DNA from: Vitrella brassicaformis CCMP3155
Taxonomy: Eukaryota; Protista; Chromerida
Direction: 5' to 3'
Assembly (NCBI GenBank): GCA_001179505.1
Contig: CDMY01000436.1
Coordinates: forward strand, 186,001-250,000
Length of the DNA stretch: 64,000 bases
Shown: piece by piece, positions 11,201-23,962 of the stretch
Layout: each line of letters begins with the position of its first letter
How positions within the stretch are numbered: the stretch's first letter is position 1
Position numbers and translations under genes: made by a program
The notes under the pieces: model-generated
The model's input: the letters and a program-made list of their open reading frames with translations, nothing else
Told to the model about the DNA's origin: nothing
The model's database searches: none

Positions 11201-12171
11201 CCACCACCACGACCACGAGGCGCATGCGGGGCCCAGCACGGCGCTGCTGCACTGTGGCAAGAGCGACGACTCCTTCGCCAATCTCGACGACTCACCGCCC
11301 GTGTCGCCATCAGGCCTCCGCTCCAAACACAAACTCACCGGTCGGTGAGGGGAGGGAGGGGAGAGGGGAGAGCACGCAACGGGCACTCACTGACCCTCTC
11401 TCCCTCTGTCCCTCTGTGTGTACGTCCGTGTGTGGATCAGTGTGTCTGGAGCAGAACTCCCCCTCCCCCGACCCCCGTGACACATTGGTGGAGTGGCGTC
11501 CAGCGGCGGACCCCCCCAACTCGTGTGCGTACTTCAACTTCACGTCTGTGGCGATGGAGCTCAACGAGGTGAGCCCCGACTACGACCCCAAAGAGGGCGT
11601 CCCCGTGCCCATCACCGACTCACGATTCAGAACCGACCAGGTGAGTCGGTGTGGGGTGCAGAGATGGACAGTAAAACCGCCTGTGCGTGGCTGGCTCGCT
11701 TAGTGATTGATCTCTCCTCCTTACTCTTTTGTGTGTGCTGGCTGGCTGGCTGTTTGTGTGTGTCAGCGGTTGTATGAGGAGGGTCGTGTAAATGAGGCCC
11801 AGGCGGAGAAGAGGCGGTTGGAGGAAAAGCAGCGGGCGGCCAGGAAGGCACGCATCGATGAGTGGCAGCCAAGGTCAGGGAGGGAGGGAGGAAGCAAGCA
11901 CCCCACTATCCCAAAACCACCCAATCGACGGATGCATGTGCCGTCCGTGTGTCTGTCACGGTGTCCGTGTAGGTGGTTCGAGCGTCGTTTGGACCCGATA
12001 GTGAGCAAGAAGGAGCCCACCTGGCAGCTGCGGCAGACTCCCTCCTACTGGGACAAGAAGAGGGACTACGCCGACCTGCTCATGCGCAGCCAGGCCCCCA
12101 ACACCAACAGACACGCCACGATGGGGCACGGCCAGGGCGGTGTTTTTCCCGAAGCCCCCGACCTTTTCTAG
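8292..12171 (+). CDS. Oxysterol-binding protein-related protein (OSBP/ORP lipid-transfer domain) with long acidic/disordered N-terminus
   Basis: Signature EQVSHHPP (~10311-10334), plus SLWSLLK|DTVGKDLSRISMPVTLNEPLSFLQ|RLAED, KPFNPILG|ETYE, DSRFRTDQ|RLYEEG...AEKRRLEEKQR. Ends ...PEAPDLF* (TAG). About 11 exons. Confidence 0.93.
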
Positions 12172-12594
12172 ATGGATGGGGGGAGGGGAGAGTAGCTAGG
12201 GTAGCTAGCTAGCAGCAGGCACGGTCGTGGGGCACATTACATTGTCATGTGTTCGTGTGTTGTGTGGGGGGTGGGAAGTGGGTATTGGTTGCCCTGGGCG
12301 GGGTGAATACGATTGGTGGGGGCATTTTTGATATGAGAGTTGCTTGGTTCTTCAATCAATTGAGTGCTCTGAAAGCGGGGGCGGCTTTGAAGCCCGCCCG
12401 AATAGGGAGAGATGGCGGCCAGGGCAGGAGGGGAGCGGAGGGAGGGATGGTCATCATCGAGATGATGACTGTCGCTTGCTGACCGTCTGACCGACCGACC
12501 GACCGACTGACGGTCTCGGTTGGTTGGTTGGTTGGTTTGTTTGTTTGTTGCTCGCTCGTGTCGTGTGCTGTTTGCTAGTATTCTTGCTGTGGGG

Positions 12595-12634
<40 letters not shown>

Positions 12635-14614
12635 TCTTGGTGTGCCTGCATCTGGCTGTATGTCTGTGGAGGAAAGAGCCTACTAAGTATGGACGGCTTG
12701 TCCAGACCGGCTGGGTGGCTGGATGGTTGATGAAGTGATGAAATAACTGATGGATTGACCGAATTGGCCAACAGCGAGCGGACGGCATTCCAACCGGTGT
12801 GGTGTCACGTGACCGCTTAGCTTACCTGCCTGTCAGGCAGGCTTGGTCTCTCTGTATTGCAGCTATGTCGGAATGCCACGGCCTGCCTGTGTGCCTGCCT
12901 GTGTGGGTGCAGTGCTGCCCTCAGTGTGTTGAGCAGCCCGGTGTGTGAGGCTGGCGTGTCTGCAGAGTGGTGCGATCGCATCGCGTGCAGGCCCAGCCCA
13001 CCTCACATGAGAGCTGGACACACACAGGGGTATGCGTATGTAGCACACACCGAGAGATGTTGGTTGGGGAAATGAGAGAACTTTGTGAGAAGTGACTGAC
13101 CCAGATCAGACAGACACCGACCGGATCAGAGAGAGAGACAGAGACAGAGACGAGACTCACCAGCGACCGAGCCGATGGAAATCCGCGTGTGTGTGTACAG
13201 TATTTGTGCGAACGCTTCACATGTGTTTGTCTGTCCGTGTCCGTGTCCCTGTCTGTGTCTGCCTGGGTGCTGGCTACACGTGTCGATGGATGGATGGATC
13301 GTGCAATGGATGGCTTGAATGAACTCAATGAATGCTCGCTCGCTTGACTGACCAATCGATCGCGTTGCGTCTGTCTACACGGACCCACACACAGCAAGCG
13401 CAAAATCCATGGACAAGCCATCACGCCCTCGACGGTCTCACGTAACCTGGTATGAGAGCCTGCACGACATGCGCCGGGCGGGCCAGAGAGAGTGGCCTTG
13501 GAGCCACACAGCCAGTGATAGATGCGCACATGGCCTCTGCAAGACGGGACACGCAACGTGCTTGTGGATTTGGTGACGTGAGCGACTGTGCGACTGCTGG
13601 GTGCGCTCGAGACGTATATATGGGACTTCTTTCCTCCATGGACTGATCAGATTCTCACAACAAAGGTGCCAACCAACACGGTGGGTGTTGTTGGAAAGCT
13701 GTGCGATTGATGGCGTAGGTAGGTATGTCTTGACACACAAACACATACGCGGTCGGTCACTCATCTGTACACACAGCCACACACACACACACCGCACACT
13801 CACAGACGAGACACGAACATTGGTGCGCTCTGCTGCTGCTGCTGCTGCCCGTGGTGAGAAAGCTCGGACACACGATGCGTCAGAGCCCCCAAAGAGGCGC
13901 GCAGGCAGCACACCCATGAACACCCCACACGCTTACTGCCTGCCCTGTCCTGCCTGCCTCCCGCGTCTCCCTGTGTGTCTCTCTCTGTCTGTGTCTCGGT
14001 GTGTCTTGTGTGTGAGAGGTGCCTGGAAAAGGCCATACATATGTGGCGTGTGGGCATGGTCCCTTTGGCCTCTACGTGGATGCAGGCAGGCAGAGAAAAC
14101 ACGCATTCGCACAGCACACGTCTGAGAGTGAGTAGGGCCTACCTATACAGAGCCCCCCCCCTCCCGCCCCCTCCCGCCCCCTCCCGCCCTCCCCCCTCAC
14201 CCACCACACCACACAGAGAGAGAGGTCCCTAACAAGCAAGGCAGGGCTCATATCGTAGTGGATGTATCGCCCGACTGCGTAAGGCCCATGGAATGGTATG
14301 GTATGGTATGGTATGTTGTGTTGTGGGTGGTGGGTGTGATGTGTGTCGGACGGATAACTGTGGGTGTGATGCCTTCGAGTCGAATTCTTATCCAGCATTC
14401 CATTCCTAATGAGCTAGAAAATGGGCCAAATGGGCAGTAGGCAGAAGAGCACCACCCGCCCGTCCGTCAGAAGAACCAAGAACCAACCAGCGCTGGATCG
14501 AGCCGGCGCCCCTCCCTCCCTCCATCATATGTGTGTATGTGTATCCGCCTGCCTCTCCAATATCTTCTTGCTACATCTCTATCCCTCGCCAAATCCATCC
14601 ATCCACCCACCACA

Positions 14615-16590
14615 TCAGCCGGCCCTGGCCCTCTCGCCGTCAGAGACACACTCCTCCAGAGGCACCCAGTCCACTTGCGGGTCGGAGTGGTCCACACGCC
14701 TCACATCCCACCGACCGGCCCCGCTGCTGCCGCGGCCCCTCTTGCTGGTGGTCTTGGTCTTGGTCTTGCCCCCCTTGCCCTTGCGTTTGTTGATCTTCTT
14801 GGGTGGGATGACGCCCCCCGCCAGCACGCACAGCATCTTCTGCACGGGTGTCCTTGGCTCGTGCATGTGGGGGGTGTCCTCGAGAAGCAACTTGGCGAAC
14901 CCCACGGCCGGCCTGACCACGGGAGTGTAGTTGTCCAGCGTGTAGGACGTCATGATCACGGCAGCGTCCTCACCATCACCATCCCCACCACCGACAGTCG
15001 TCACCACCGTCGCACCAAGCGCATTGAGAGCCGAGAATGGCGCCAGCATGTGGTCGCTTGACCCACCGCCAGACATCAGTGGCCATGACGACGGCGACGC
15101 GCCCTCGTCATTGTCATTGGCAGCTGATGAGTCGATGGGCGATGTGGAGGTAGTGGTCTTGTGTTTGGGGGGTGTGAGGGGGGCGTGGCGGGGCGGGGGG
15201 GTGCATGGGGGAGAGGCAGAGGGAGAGGGAGGTGCCGGGGGAGGGATCGGTGAGGGTGGCGGGTGTTGGTAGGGGGCGGGGACCATTTTGTTGGCGGAGG
15301 GAGACGACCGCCACCACACCTGCTCGTGAGACTGACAGGAAGACAGACACAGAAGGAGAAATGCAGACGGACAGACGGATGGATGGATGGATGGTGAGGG
15401 AAATCATCTATTTATACGCACCCCTTGGCAGCATGTCTGTCCGTCCACACTGACGAGTCCATCCCGGACCAGGCCGTGGAACAGAGCCAGCGCCGGACTC
15501 TCGCCACGATCCGCACTCTCAAAACCTACACAGACAGACGCATGCATGCATGCGACAAAGACACACACATGCATGGCATGACCGGATGTCAGTCATCCGT
15601 GTCTCTGTGTGCATGCATTACTCTACTTAGTGCTCACCTGGCGGAGGGAAGACCACCCCAGTGCCCTTAGTGCTGCCGCTGCTGCCGCCGTTGGCCCCAC
15701 TGACACTGACGAGTGCGGGCGGGTACATCTGGCCGGCAGAGGCACGTGTGTCGTCACCCTTGCCCTTGCCCTTCTTATTGTTGTCCTTCAGTGCCGCTGT
15801 GTCGGTGCGGTCGGCTGGCGGCACTTTGCTGCCCTTGTTGCCGCTCGTCTGTGGAGGCGACTTGTCGGGCGTGTCGTCGAGGAGGGCGCCGGGGATGCAC
15901 TGACGCGCGCTGCCGCTGCTAGAGCGACCATCCCTGCAAACATGGATGGATGCAGGCAAACAGCCAGGAGGCAGTAGGTGTGGTCTCACTTGGTAGGTGA
16001 GTCGTTAGTGTCGTCGTGCTGCTCCTTATGCTCGTGGCTATCGCCGGCCGTGACCCCGAGACCCACACCCACACCCCCACTCACGTTCGCAACTACCTCG
16101 CCCCCCGCGCCCTCCTCCATGACCACGTCCAGGCCGCACACGCCGCCACCCGCAGGTACGCTACGCTCGCCGTCAACAGACCCACTGCACGCAGCAGGAG
16201 AGAATGGGAAGGAGAGGCCACATTTGTGTGTGGGGTGTACCTGGTAGAGGTGGTGGGGTGTAGGTGATTGTCTTGGTTGGTGTGTGTGGGTCGCTGCTTG
16301 GTGGTGCTCGTGGTGGCAACGGCGGCCTGGCGGCGCATCTTCTTGCGCCGCTCCTTCTCCTCCTTAGTGATGACGGTCTTGTCACGCAGCTCATCCTCAC
16401 CATGGGCGAAGGCACACTGTGTGTGAACACACACAGAGGCATCCACCAATCCAATCCAAGCGTGTGGCGTTTGTAGTGCGCACCCACCTCCCACCCCCAC
16501 CTGGTCTCCGTGTGCACATGTGCCGTCCTTCCAGTTGCGGCACAGCTCCGTCTTGAACTTGGCCAACATGTCCCACCGCCTGAATCCACA

Positions 16591-16622
<32 letters not shown>

Positions 16623-17157
16623 AGATACCACACATTGTGAGCAGGGGTGAAAATGTGTGTGGGGTCTTCTTGTTTGTTCCCTGCTCACACAGATTTTCCT
16701 CCCCTTCCCCTCCGTCGAGTCGCTGTCCTCACGCGAAGACCTGGCGCGAGGAGCCAGCGCCCTTTCACCCACCCAAAGCACAGCACACAGCAAACGACGC
16801 GTGTGGCTAAGTCCACCACGACCCATCCCCCCTCACTCACCCCATCCCTCACCTGTTAGCGGCCGCATCTCCTTCCGACCTGTTGGTGGCACTGGCCGAC
16901 GAGGCGACGCTCACGCTCACATACTCCTTAGGCAGATACTTGACCGTCCTCGTGCTGCTGCTGGCACTGGCACGGCCGTCAGCGGCACTGGTGCTGCTGC
17001 GGATCTCTGTGGATGTGTGTGTGGGGTGGGGAGCGGGAGGGGGGGAGGGGGAGGGGTTGCCGGCAGCGACAGAGCTGAAGGGCTCTCCTCTGGCCGGGTC
17101 ACACGAACTGGGAGGAGGGAAGGAAAAACGGCGCGAGAGATGGCTTCTCCGAGACAT
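14615..17157 (-). CDS. CCCH (TIS11-like) zinc-finger protein, single finger within low-complexity sequence
   Basis: KFKTELCRNWKDGTCAHGDQ|CAFAHGEDELR (C-x8-C-x5-C-x3-H). Exons splice in frame from MSRRSHLSRR (ATG 17157) to ...SDGERARAG*. Confidence 0.8.
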
Positions 17158-17676
17158 GTTCACCCTTGTTCTCCTTGTTGCGTCTTTGCTGGCTGACCGT
17201 TGGTTAGATGCAGTGGAGGGGTTGCTGCTGCTGGCACGAGTGGTGGCTCCACTGGCAGATGAAAACAGGCTCGGAAACGCCTTGGCGTCGTTCAGACGCA
17301 TCCACACGCTGCATGAGAACCACCCACAGCCAGAAAACAGCAAAGAAGACCTCAGATCTGGCATTGCATCACTGCAGCAGTGATGCCATGTATGTCATCG
17401 TTCCCACCTGTCCTTATGTGTCTTGCTGCGCCGGTGGTGTGCCGCCTTGGCGCTGGTGCGACGGCCGGATGGACCACTCATGGGGTGCACGGCCGCACAG
17501 AGAGGTGAGGTAGAACAGAAGGGGCTTCCTGACAGGCCCACGCTTATGGATTAGACTCCCCTCCTGCAATGCCTCAGGACTGCCCCGGGGGAGCGGAAAG
17601 AGGGATGCCGAAAGCGCGGGGAATTATGTAAATTCCATCTCCTCTTGCGAGCTTGATCCCGTCTTTTCTTTTCGTA

Positions 17677-20001
17677 ATGCAGCGAGATCTTCAGATCTGG
17701 CCACCGTCCCGCTGGTGGTTGCTCCTCCTGCTGTCGGCGCGTGCCGTGATTATCGCCCTCGTCGCCGGTCAGGCGACCCTGCCGCCAATCGAGGACAACG
17801 AAAGCGACAGCGACAGCGACGTGCTTGTCATTGATGACAGTGAGAATGGCGTCACATCGCCAGCAGCAGCAGCAGCTGTGGCGGAGGTGGAGGTGCAGAG
17901 GCGACGGGCGCCGACGGATCTGCACGGTGACGGCAGTCACAATGCAACGAAGAAGGAGGTCCCGTGGACCTCCCTCAGCGAGGCGGACCTCAACACAATC
18001 ATGCTTGTCGACAAGGGCAACGTGCAGGTGAGAGAAATACACACCCACATACCTACACACACACATCCGCAGTGCTCATCTGCAGTCAGTGCGTCCATCT
18101 CTCTCTCTCTCTGCGTGTGTGTGCGTTGGCCACATCACAAACATCCGTCAGTATTACGGCACCGTACAGATCGGCACGCCCGCACAGTCCATGACCGTCA
18201 TCTTTGACACCGGATCCAGTGACCTCTGGGTGGCCTCGCCCGAGTGCGTGCCCACACCTTGCGAGATGGTCAAGCAGTTTGACCCCACCGCCTCCTCGAC
18301 CTTTGAGGACTTCAGTGAGGGCACGATTGTTGTGCAGTATGGCAAAGGCACCATTGTGGGCATCAAGGCCATCGACCGAGTGCGGCTGGGCACGTACGCC
18401 GCGCCGCAGGAGTTCATTCTGGCTTCCAAGGTCAACGGGCTACAAGGTGAGTGACTGAAGTGGTGTGATGGCAATGAAGCCAGGCTGGCCTTGGCATTCG
18501 TTGGCTGACTGATGCACACTCAGGCGCCCAGTTTGATGGCATATTGGGGTTGGCATTCCCCTCCCTGGCAGAGAGCGGGGCGATGCCTCTCGTCTTCTCC
18601 CTTGACGGGCAAGGCCTGCTCAACGAACCACTCATCGGCGGTGCATCACACACGTCGTTCCATTCCCTACATCATCTCTCTGTGTCTGTCGGCGTGTCCC
18701 GTCCGTTCATTCAGTCGACCTGAGTGCCGAGGAGACGCCCAGCAAGATCAGCATCGGCGGCACGGCAACGGGCGTGTACAATGCCTCCACAGTGTCGTTT
18801 GCCCCGGTGGTGGTGACGGACGAGGCACCGACGTACTGGCAGGTCAATGGGGCTGTCGCCTTCGGTGAGGATGTGTTTGCCGAGGGTCTTGTGATGGTTG
18901 TGGACACGGGGACGTCTTTCATCACCATGCCCAAGAAGCAGCTCATGGTATGTATGGTGAGGGAGGGAAGGAAGGGGAATTGCATTGGGCACATGACATG
19001 ACATGAATGTGATGGGATCGGATCTATGTGTGCTGGTCGGTTTGGTGGTCAGGATTTCCTGTCTGCGTGGGTGCCTGACGACCTGGGCGGCGACTGTGGA
19101 GTCAGCAGCGGGGGCGCCATCACGTGCAGATGCTCGGTTGTGGGCCAGCTGTCACCCGTGTCAATCATCATCGGTACGCAGGGGGGGGGGGGGNNNNNNN
19201 NNNNNNNNNNNNNNNNNNNNNNNNNNNNNNNNNNNNNNNNNNNNNNNNNNNNNNNNNNNNNNNNNNNNNNNNNNNNNNNNNNNNNNNNNNNNNNNNNNNN
19301 NNNNNNNNNNNNNNNNNNNNNNNNNNNNNNNNNNNNNNNNNNNNNNNNNNNNNNNNNNNNNNNNNNNNNNNNNNNNNNNNNNNNNNNNNNNNNNNNNNNN
19401 NNNNNNNNNNNNNNNNNNNNNNNNNNNNNNNNNNNNNNNNNNNNNNNNNNNNNNNNNNNNNNNNNNNNNNNNNNNNNNNNNNNNNNNNNNNNNGGGGGGG
19501 GGGGGGAGGGGGCAGCATCACTCTCATCCACCCCATCGTCTTATTTGTTTCGTCTCTCTATGTAGGTGGCCGTGTGTACGTCTTGTACCCGGAGAACCTT
19601 TTCCTCGAGCTGGGAGGGGGCCACTCGTTCGCCGGCATCGAGATCGGCGACAGCATGTGTCAGCTGGAAATGTCCTCCAGCGATCAAGCAAGCGCGCCGT
19701 GGATACTTGGAGACGTGAGCGACCAACAACTAAACTGCATCGCATCCGGCTGCTGTCTTGGAAGTCGCCATCTATGTGGGTGTGGTCCATCTATCAGGTG
19801 TTTTTGCGTCGATATTATACAATCTTTCGTCTGTCGGACGAGCCGGCTGTCGGATTTGCGGAGAAGCTGAGTCTCAGCTACGACGACAGCCCGCCGATGC
19901 CGGTGCTGTCCAAGGCGTCGCCGCCATCCCGGTGGCGTGAGTCGGTGCTGGTCTCCTCTGTGTGCGTGGCTGCGGCTTTGCTGGCTGTGGCGATGAGATG
20001 A
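17677..20001 (+). CDS. Pepsin-like (A1) aspartic protease with signal peptide, acidic pro-region and C-terminal hydrophobic tail
   Basis: Two catalytic motifs VIFDTGSSDLWV and VVDTGTSFITMP, flap QYGKG, FDGILGLAF and WILGD|VFLRRYYTIF. Hydrophobic N-terminus WWLLLLLSARAVIIALVAG. C-terminus ...VLVSSVCVAAALLAVAMR*. Confidence 0.93.
19194..19493. other. 300-N scaffold gap inside a poly-G run in an aspartic-protease intron
   Basis: 13 G on each side of the N run. The intron donor is 7 nt upstream of the G run. Confidence 0.95.
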
Positions 20002-20647
20002 CCAGTATAGTATGGTCGACCGTGTGGACGTCAAGTGGGTGGGTGTTGATAGATAGGTAGGGAGTGCGAAGGAATGGGGCGACTGCTGGCTGTCGATATT
20101 TTGACGCGACTCGGTCGTGTGGTCATGTGTTTCGGATCTAACTAGTTAGTTAGTTTGGGGTGTTAGTGTTGGTGACATGCAATTCATTCGTAAGTAAGAC
20201 GGCTCGAACTTGTGCCATATATTCCGCAAGGCAGGCTTTTTCAGTAGAAGAGAACCGCAGCAAGGTTGATGGGACACACTGTTAGCTATATTGGATGGAT
20301 GTATCGGTCTCCACTTTCGGGTGGCTTCTGGACCGTCTGATCCGTGTGCGTTCCTCTGCACACAGACGGGACCTTCCAGGAGCCACGCGCAAACAGTGGA
20401 GACCAATGCATCACACGCAGAGCAAACGAAAACTATAACCACCGTGTGTCGCGTCCCCCACCTCAACTAACTGTACAGGCATCACATCACATGCACACCC
20501 ACACGCACATGCGTATCTATACAGCCCCCGCCCCTATGATGAGGGGGGGATCTCCTCTCAGCACTCGCGAGAGACACCACACCACACCACAGATACACAC
20601 ACCAGCCCTTGCCCCCCTCACTCCCCTCCCCTCCAAGCTTGATCAAA

Positions 20648-23600
20648 TCAAACCACCACCACTTTGATGATCTCCTTGGCAATCGCCAACGCCACGACCA
20701 TCACCAGCAACACGGTGCCCTGACACATGTATGGGAACATGACATGACACACGATGCAATGCACTCATTCCGTTGTCCGAATTATTGACATCTGCGCTCC
20801 CTCCACTCACCAGCCATTGCAGCACTCTGAACAACCGCCTGTCGATCCGTCCGCCCCTCCCAGCACTGGCACGGCCTGCAACACGGCCACCCGCACCCAC
20901 ACCCACATCCACACCAACATCTACCCTCACAGCCACCGCTCCCCCATCGCCAGCCGGCGGCACCGCACTGCGATGCCGATGATACCCACCGTTCTCAAGG
21001 CTGTCATACGCCAGCGACGGCGCCTCACCCAGTTGGATGCCCGTGTCTGCTTCAGTGTCGCTGTCGTTGTCAGCTGTCGGCGCGTGAAGGGGCACGGGTG
21101 TGTAGTGGAGGGGGCCGATGAGCAGGAGGTGCCAGAACTTGTGGCCGTCCAGGGGCAGCGTAGAGGGGAGGGCGTTGATCACCGCCAGGAACAGAGAGAT
21201 GGATATCAGCAGCCTACAGTGTAGGCCATCCCATGCACACGAGACATGAGAGTAATGAGATGTGGACGGACGGACGGTTTCGTGGTGCTGTTGTGTTACC
21301 CACCATGAGAACCCCAGCAGTATGCGCGAGATCCACCAGAAGAAGGGCGACCTCGCGAGTGCCGCAATGTGGGGCGCTGAGTAGGACAGCGGGCCTACTG
21401 CGTGTAGGAAGTCCTCAAAGGAGCCTGACAAGACCAGACCAACCCAACAACACCACACCACACCCAATGCATTGCAGCCATGACCCCTCCCCCCCTCCCC
21501 CACCGCTCATGTCATGGTCATGCACCTCCCTCACCTACCTGTATAGACGAAGGTCATCCTGTCTGTCTGCACAGCGATGAGCTGGCTGTAATCGGCCCCG
21601 TCCAGACGGCAAGCCACACGCCCCTCCCTCCCCTCACATGGCGACCACGGCCATTCCTCGCCGACATTTGGCGCCGCTGCTGGTGCTGCTGGGTAGACCT
21701 GCCAGTCTTTCAGCAGCTGGGCCGCATCGGTTGGTGCCAGGCACAACACATCACCATCACCGGCCACCGTCGCGTTGGCCTCTGCTGCAGCACTGGTGGC
21801 ATTTCCGTCGACGACGCGGCGGAAGCACACACTTGACCCATCCTCGCCCTCTCCCTGCTGGTGGCCATCGACAGGCTTCTTCCCGGGAGCCCTTAGATGA
21901 GCGTGGCCGCCCTCGTCGCTTGCTGGCACATCCGGGGAAAGAGCGGCATCGTCACTGCTGCCGCCGCTGTGCTGCGATGTGTTCACTGCTGCTGCTGGTG
22001 GTGTGTGTGTGAACATGTGGACTGGAAGGCAGTAGGTGTTAGTCTGGGATGCGGCTGGGGGCATGTGTGTGGAGAGGGCGTCGAGAAGGAAGGCGTTGGT
22101 GCTGATGAAGGGGTCCCACCCGTGAGAGGCCACCAGCTGCTCACGCTCCAGGGACACACCGCCGATGGCTCGGATCTGGTCGCCCGCCGACACAGTGCCC
22201 CGCACCGGCGATTGCTGCACGACTCACGAGGGCGCACACACATTCACACATGATGAAGGAACAGGCTTGACTGACTCACCGGATGGACATATGTCACAAT
22301 GGGTAAGGCTGCTGGCCGGAAGAAGAGTCCCCAGCCGTGTGCCGGCACGGGCTGGCAACTCGCTGGCGCCGCAGGCAAGAATCCCTGACAGACAAATATA
22401 CATACGCGACAGACAACGTTAGTAATGTTTGGAGCGCCCCGCCCGCCCAATGTGGGGAAGGGCATGGTATGCTGACCACGGCTGCGATGAGGAGGACACA
22501 GGTGAGAAGACACAGAACAACATTGTGGAAGACACCACCCGCAGTCACACGCAACTGGACGGACGAACCACAGACAGACAGACAGACAGACGATGCGAGG
22601 GGGGCGGTGCTGTGCTGTGCTGTGCTGTTTGTGTACGGCTTTCTTTCTCCATGTCATCCGATGGGTGTGTTGTGTTGTGTGTTTACCTGTGCGGGCTGCG
22701 ACATCATACTTAGACGCTCCTTACAAGACAAGACGCACAGAGAGGGACAACCAACACAACACAGCATCCCATCCATCCCACCCCACCACGCATGCCTCTT
22801 TCACATCTGTGGCCGTCCGTCACCTCACCTGTTCGAGCTGCACAAACGCCAAGGGAATACCACGCTCAACACCAGCACCTGCACAACGCACACCCACACG
22901 TAATCAATCGGTGCCTTCCATCAAGCTTTCTCTCCCATCTGTCTGTCTGTCCCTGTCTGTTCGCCATATGTACCGAATTTCGACGCACTGTAAGGGTCCT
23001 CGGCCAACGCAGCCGCCGCATGACCTGACGTGACGTGATGGCCATTGATGACATGCAATCCAATCACCTCGTGAGATGAGATGTTTGCTGTGGCTTGGCT
23101 TGGGTTGTCTGTCTGCTTGCACTCTCACTCACTCACAGGCATACCCTCCCTACCCAGCTCATGCACGGCCAGCGCCAGAAGAGCAGCCACAAGTAACGGG
23201 ATGGTCCACCCAACAGGCAGCGTCCAGCCGGGCACCTAAACGCACACAACACAACACAGCACAGCACAGCACAGAACCATGATCGATCACGAGTGACTCA
23301 CGGTGACACGAGATACGTAAACACACCAACCGCCAGATCAGATCAGATCAGATCTCACCAGTGGCGTGAGTTCGATGGACGGTGTGGCAGCCGTGATGCT
23401 GACTGTCGGCATGGAGGTGGCCGTCGAGGAGAGGGCCCGTGTGGTCGTCAGCAGATGGCCGTAGATGAACGACATCTGTCCAACGCTGAAGAAGGTCAGC
23501 AGGCCCATCCCGCCTATGGTGCACACAAAGAATACCACAGTGCCTGAGCAGAGCAAACCACACAAGCACACAGACAGATAGGAAGAGTGAAGATGCAAGC

Positions 23601-23767
23601 AATGGTGTGGTGTGGTGTGGTGTGTTGATGGTGCGTGCGTCCGTACCGAGAGTGAACCAGGCCCTCCATGCCTTCCTGCCGACTCGAGTGCATCGCCGCA
23701 CTGTGATGAGCAGTCCCGTGGACACAAAGAGGAATGTCCACTGTTTCAGCTTGATGTGCCAGGCCAT
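20648..23767 (-). CDS. Site-2 protease (M50A, MBTPS2-like intramembrane zinc metalloprotease)
   Basis: AVHELG|HAAAALAED (HExxH split by an intron at ~23155/23024), GIPLAFVQL, LRVTAGGVFHNVVLCLL, PDZ-like SPVRGTVSAGDQIRAIGG and VINALPSTLPLDG (third Zn ligand). Ends ...IIKVVVV*. The start codon is uncertain (23767 or slightly upstream). Confidence 0.85.
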
Positions 23768-23962
23768 TCGCAGAGCATTATGAGCACAGATCAGGCCACC
23801 TCTTTCTCACTCGTGTCCAGTAAGCTCGCAGGCGCCAACTGAGTGCGCAGATCTGTTCGAAGCGCATTCACCAACACACGACAAGCAGGCATCTCCAAGC
23901 GACGGTTGCTGCATCATCCCTTTCTCATCTGAGATCTTCCTTTATCGCCTCTCGTCAACACA

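Noticed and set aside
16694-16762. Possible extra exon (RALAPRARSSREDSDSTEGKGRKIC) in the CCCH gene
   Set aside because: Including it with its best donor shifts the zinc-finger exon out of frame, whereas direct exon 1-to-finger splicing is in frame. At most it is a poison exon, which the sequence alone cannot support.
8292-23767. OSBP plus site-2 protease as a sterol-regulation (SREBP) gene cluster
   Set aside because: They are separated by unrelated genes, no SREBP/SCAP/S1P is nearby, and chance adjacency is sufficient.
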